The notes under the pieces were generated by a model, which did not search any database, was not told the origin of the DNA, and saw only the letters and a list, made by a program, of their open reading frames with translations. Shown piece after piece: positions 63,932-64,000 of a stretch of DNA of 64,000 nt; position 1 is the stretch's first letter; every line of letters begins with the position of its first letter. A program made the position numbers and the translations under genes. Origin of the DNA: an uncultured Actinomycetes bacterium. Lineage in GTDB: Bacteria > Actinomycetota > Aquicultoria > Subteraquimicrobiales > CAMTWV01. The stretch is from assembly GCA_947085535.1 (NCBI GenBank), contig CAMTWV010000002.1:989-64988 (forward strand), given 5' to 3'.

Positions 63932-64000
63932 TTGAGCACAAACAAAAAAGTGCTTGTCGTCGATGATGAAAGAGAGATAGTTAAGTTAATCTCTATTAAA
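63932..64000 (+). CDS. Start of a further receiver-domain gene, 3' end outside window
   Basis: RBS ggtggg, then TTG. LSTNKKVLVVDDEREIVKLISIK is a receiver N-terminus. Confidence 0.55.
   Translation, partial: MSTNKKVLVVDDEREIVKLISIK

Noticed and set aside
1-64000. Defence islands, prophage, integrative element or toxin-antitoxin pairs
   Set aside because: I found no recognisable restriction-modification, Cas, Abi, retron reverse transcriptase, phage structural or integrase-plus-att features. The only recombinase is the housekeeping-type XerD at the window edge, and the only transposase is a dead fragment.

Overview
Low-GC bacterial chromosome segment, roughly high-30s % G+C by eye (not computed). 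It is very gene-dense: about 65 genes on the + strand and only 5 on the - strand. All calls come from motif recognition in the supplied ORF translations and from reading the DNA; no searches were run. I cannot place the taxon. Gene content and synteny mix Firmicutes/Thermotogae-like features (cmk-plsC-ispH-DUF512-der-plsY-gpsA; DAHP synthase with an N-terminal regulatory domain; TrpRS with a Cys4 motif) with an Actinobacteria-like cluster (pgsA ... DUF881-sbp-DUF881 ... gcvH ... FHA-MerR).

Content in order:
- xerD (5' partial), deoB and pdp, with decayed DNA between them.
- A cysK fragment cut by an IS256-family transposase remnant.
- A DHH-CBS-CCA/polyA polymerase fusion, an M50 protease, trpS, scpAB and rluB.
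- A visibly GC-richer S8 subtilase plus a fragment of a second one.
- A cobalamin riboswitch controlling btuFCD, followed by the late B12 pathway (cobU, cobQ, cbiB, cobS, cobD, cobT, cobC).
- hisC-aroF-tyrA-aroA, then cmk-plsC-ispH-DUF512-der-plsY-gpsA.
- A GC-rich structured non-coding region and tRNA-Pro(GGG).
- A DUF167 gene with an in-frame stop, corA, a pgsA-like gene and sugar-nucleotide genes.
- DUF881-sbp-DUF881, VanW, and a minus-strand pilin plus degenerate GGDEF pair.
- An aminotransferase, a D-Ala-D-Ala carboxypeptidase, gcvH and lplA/lipM.
- A run of small genes (one with an RsiG-type c-di-GMP motif), then zinc-ribbon-FHA, MerR and Mut7-C.
- hpt, a Na/Pi transporter, a TrkA-type channel, PadR and an NlpC/P60 hydrolase.
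- At the 3' edge, a tandemly duplicated module of a hybrid histidine kinase (PAS domain split by a 7-Cys insertion) plus a single-domain receiver.

I found no CRISPR array, rRNA, intact mobile element, prophage or recognisable defence system.

The leads I consider most worth following:
1. The RsiG-like/small-protein/FHA/MerR/Mut7-C block, together with the nearby degenerate GGDEF with a retained I-site.
2. The Cys-rich split-PAS kinase array.
3. The unassigned structured RNA candidate at about 34.3-34.5 kb.
4. The extra C-terminal domain on BtuD.
5. A family of short words and GC-rich hairpins shared between intergenic spacers.
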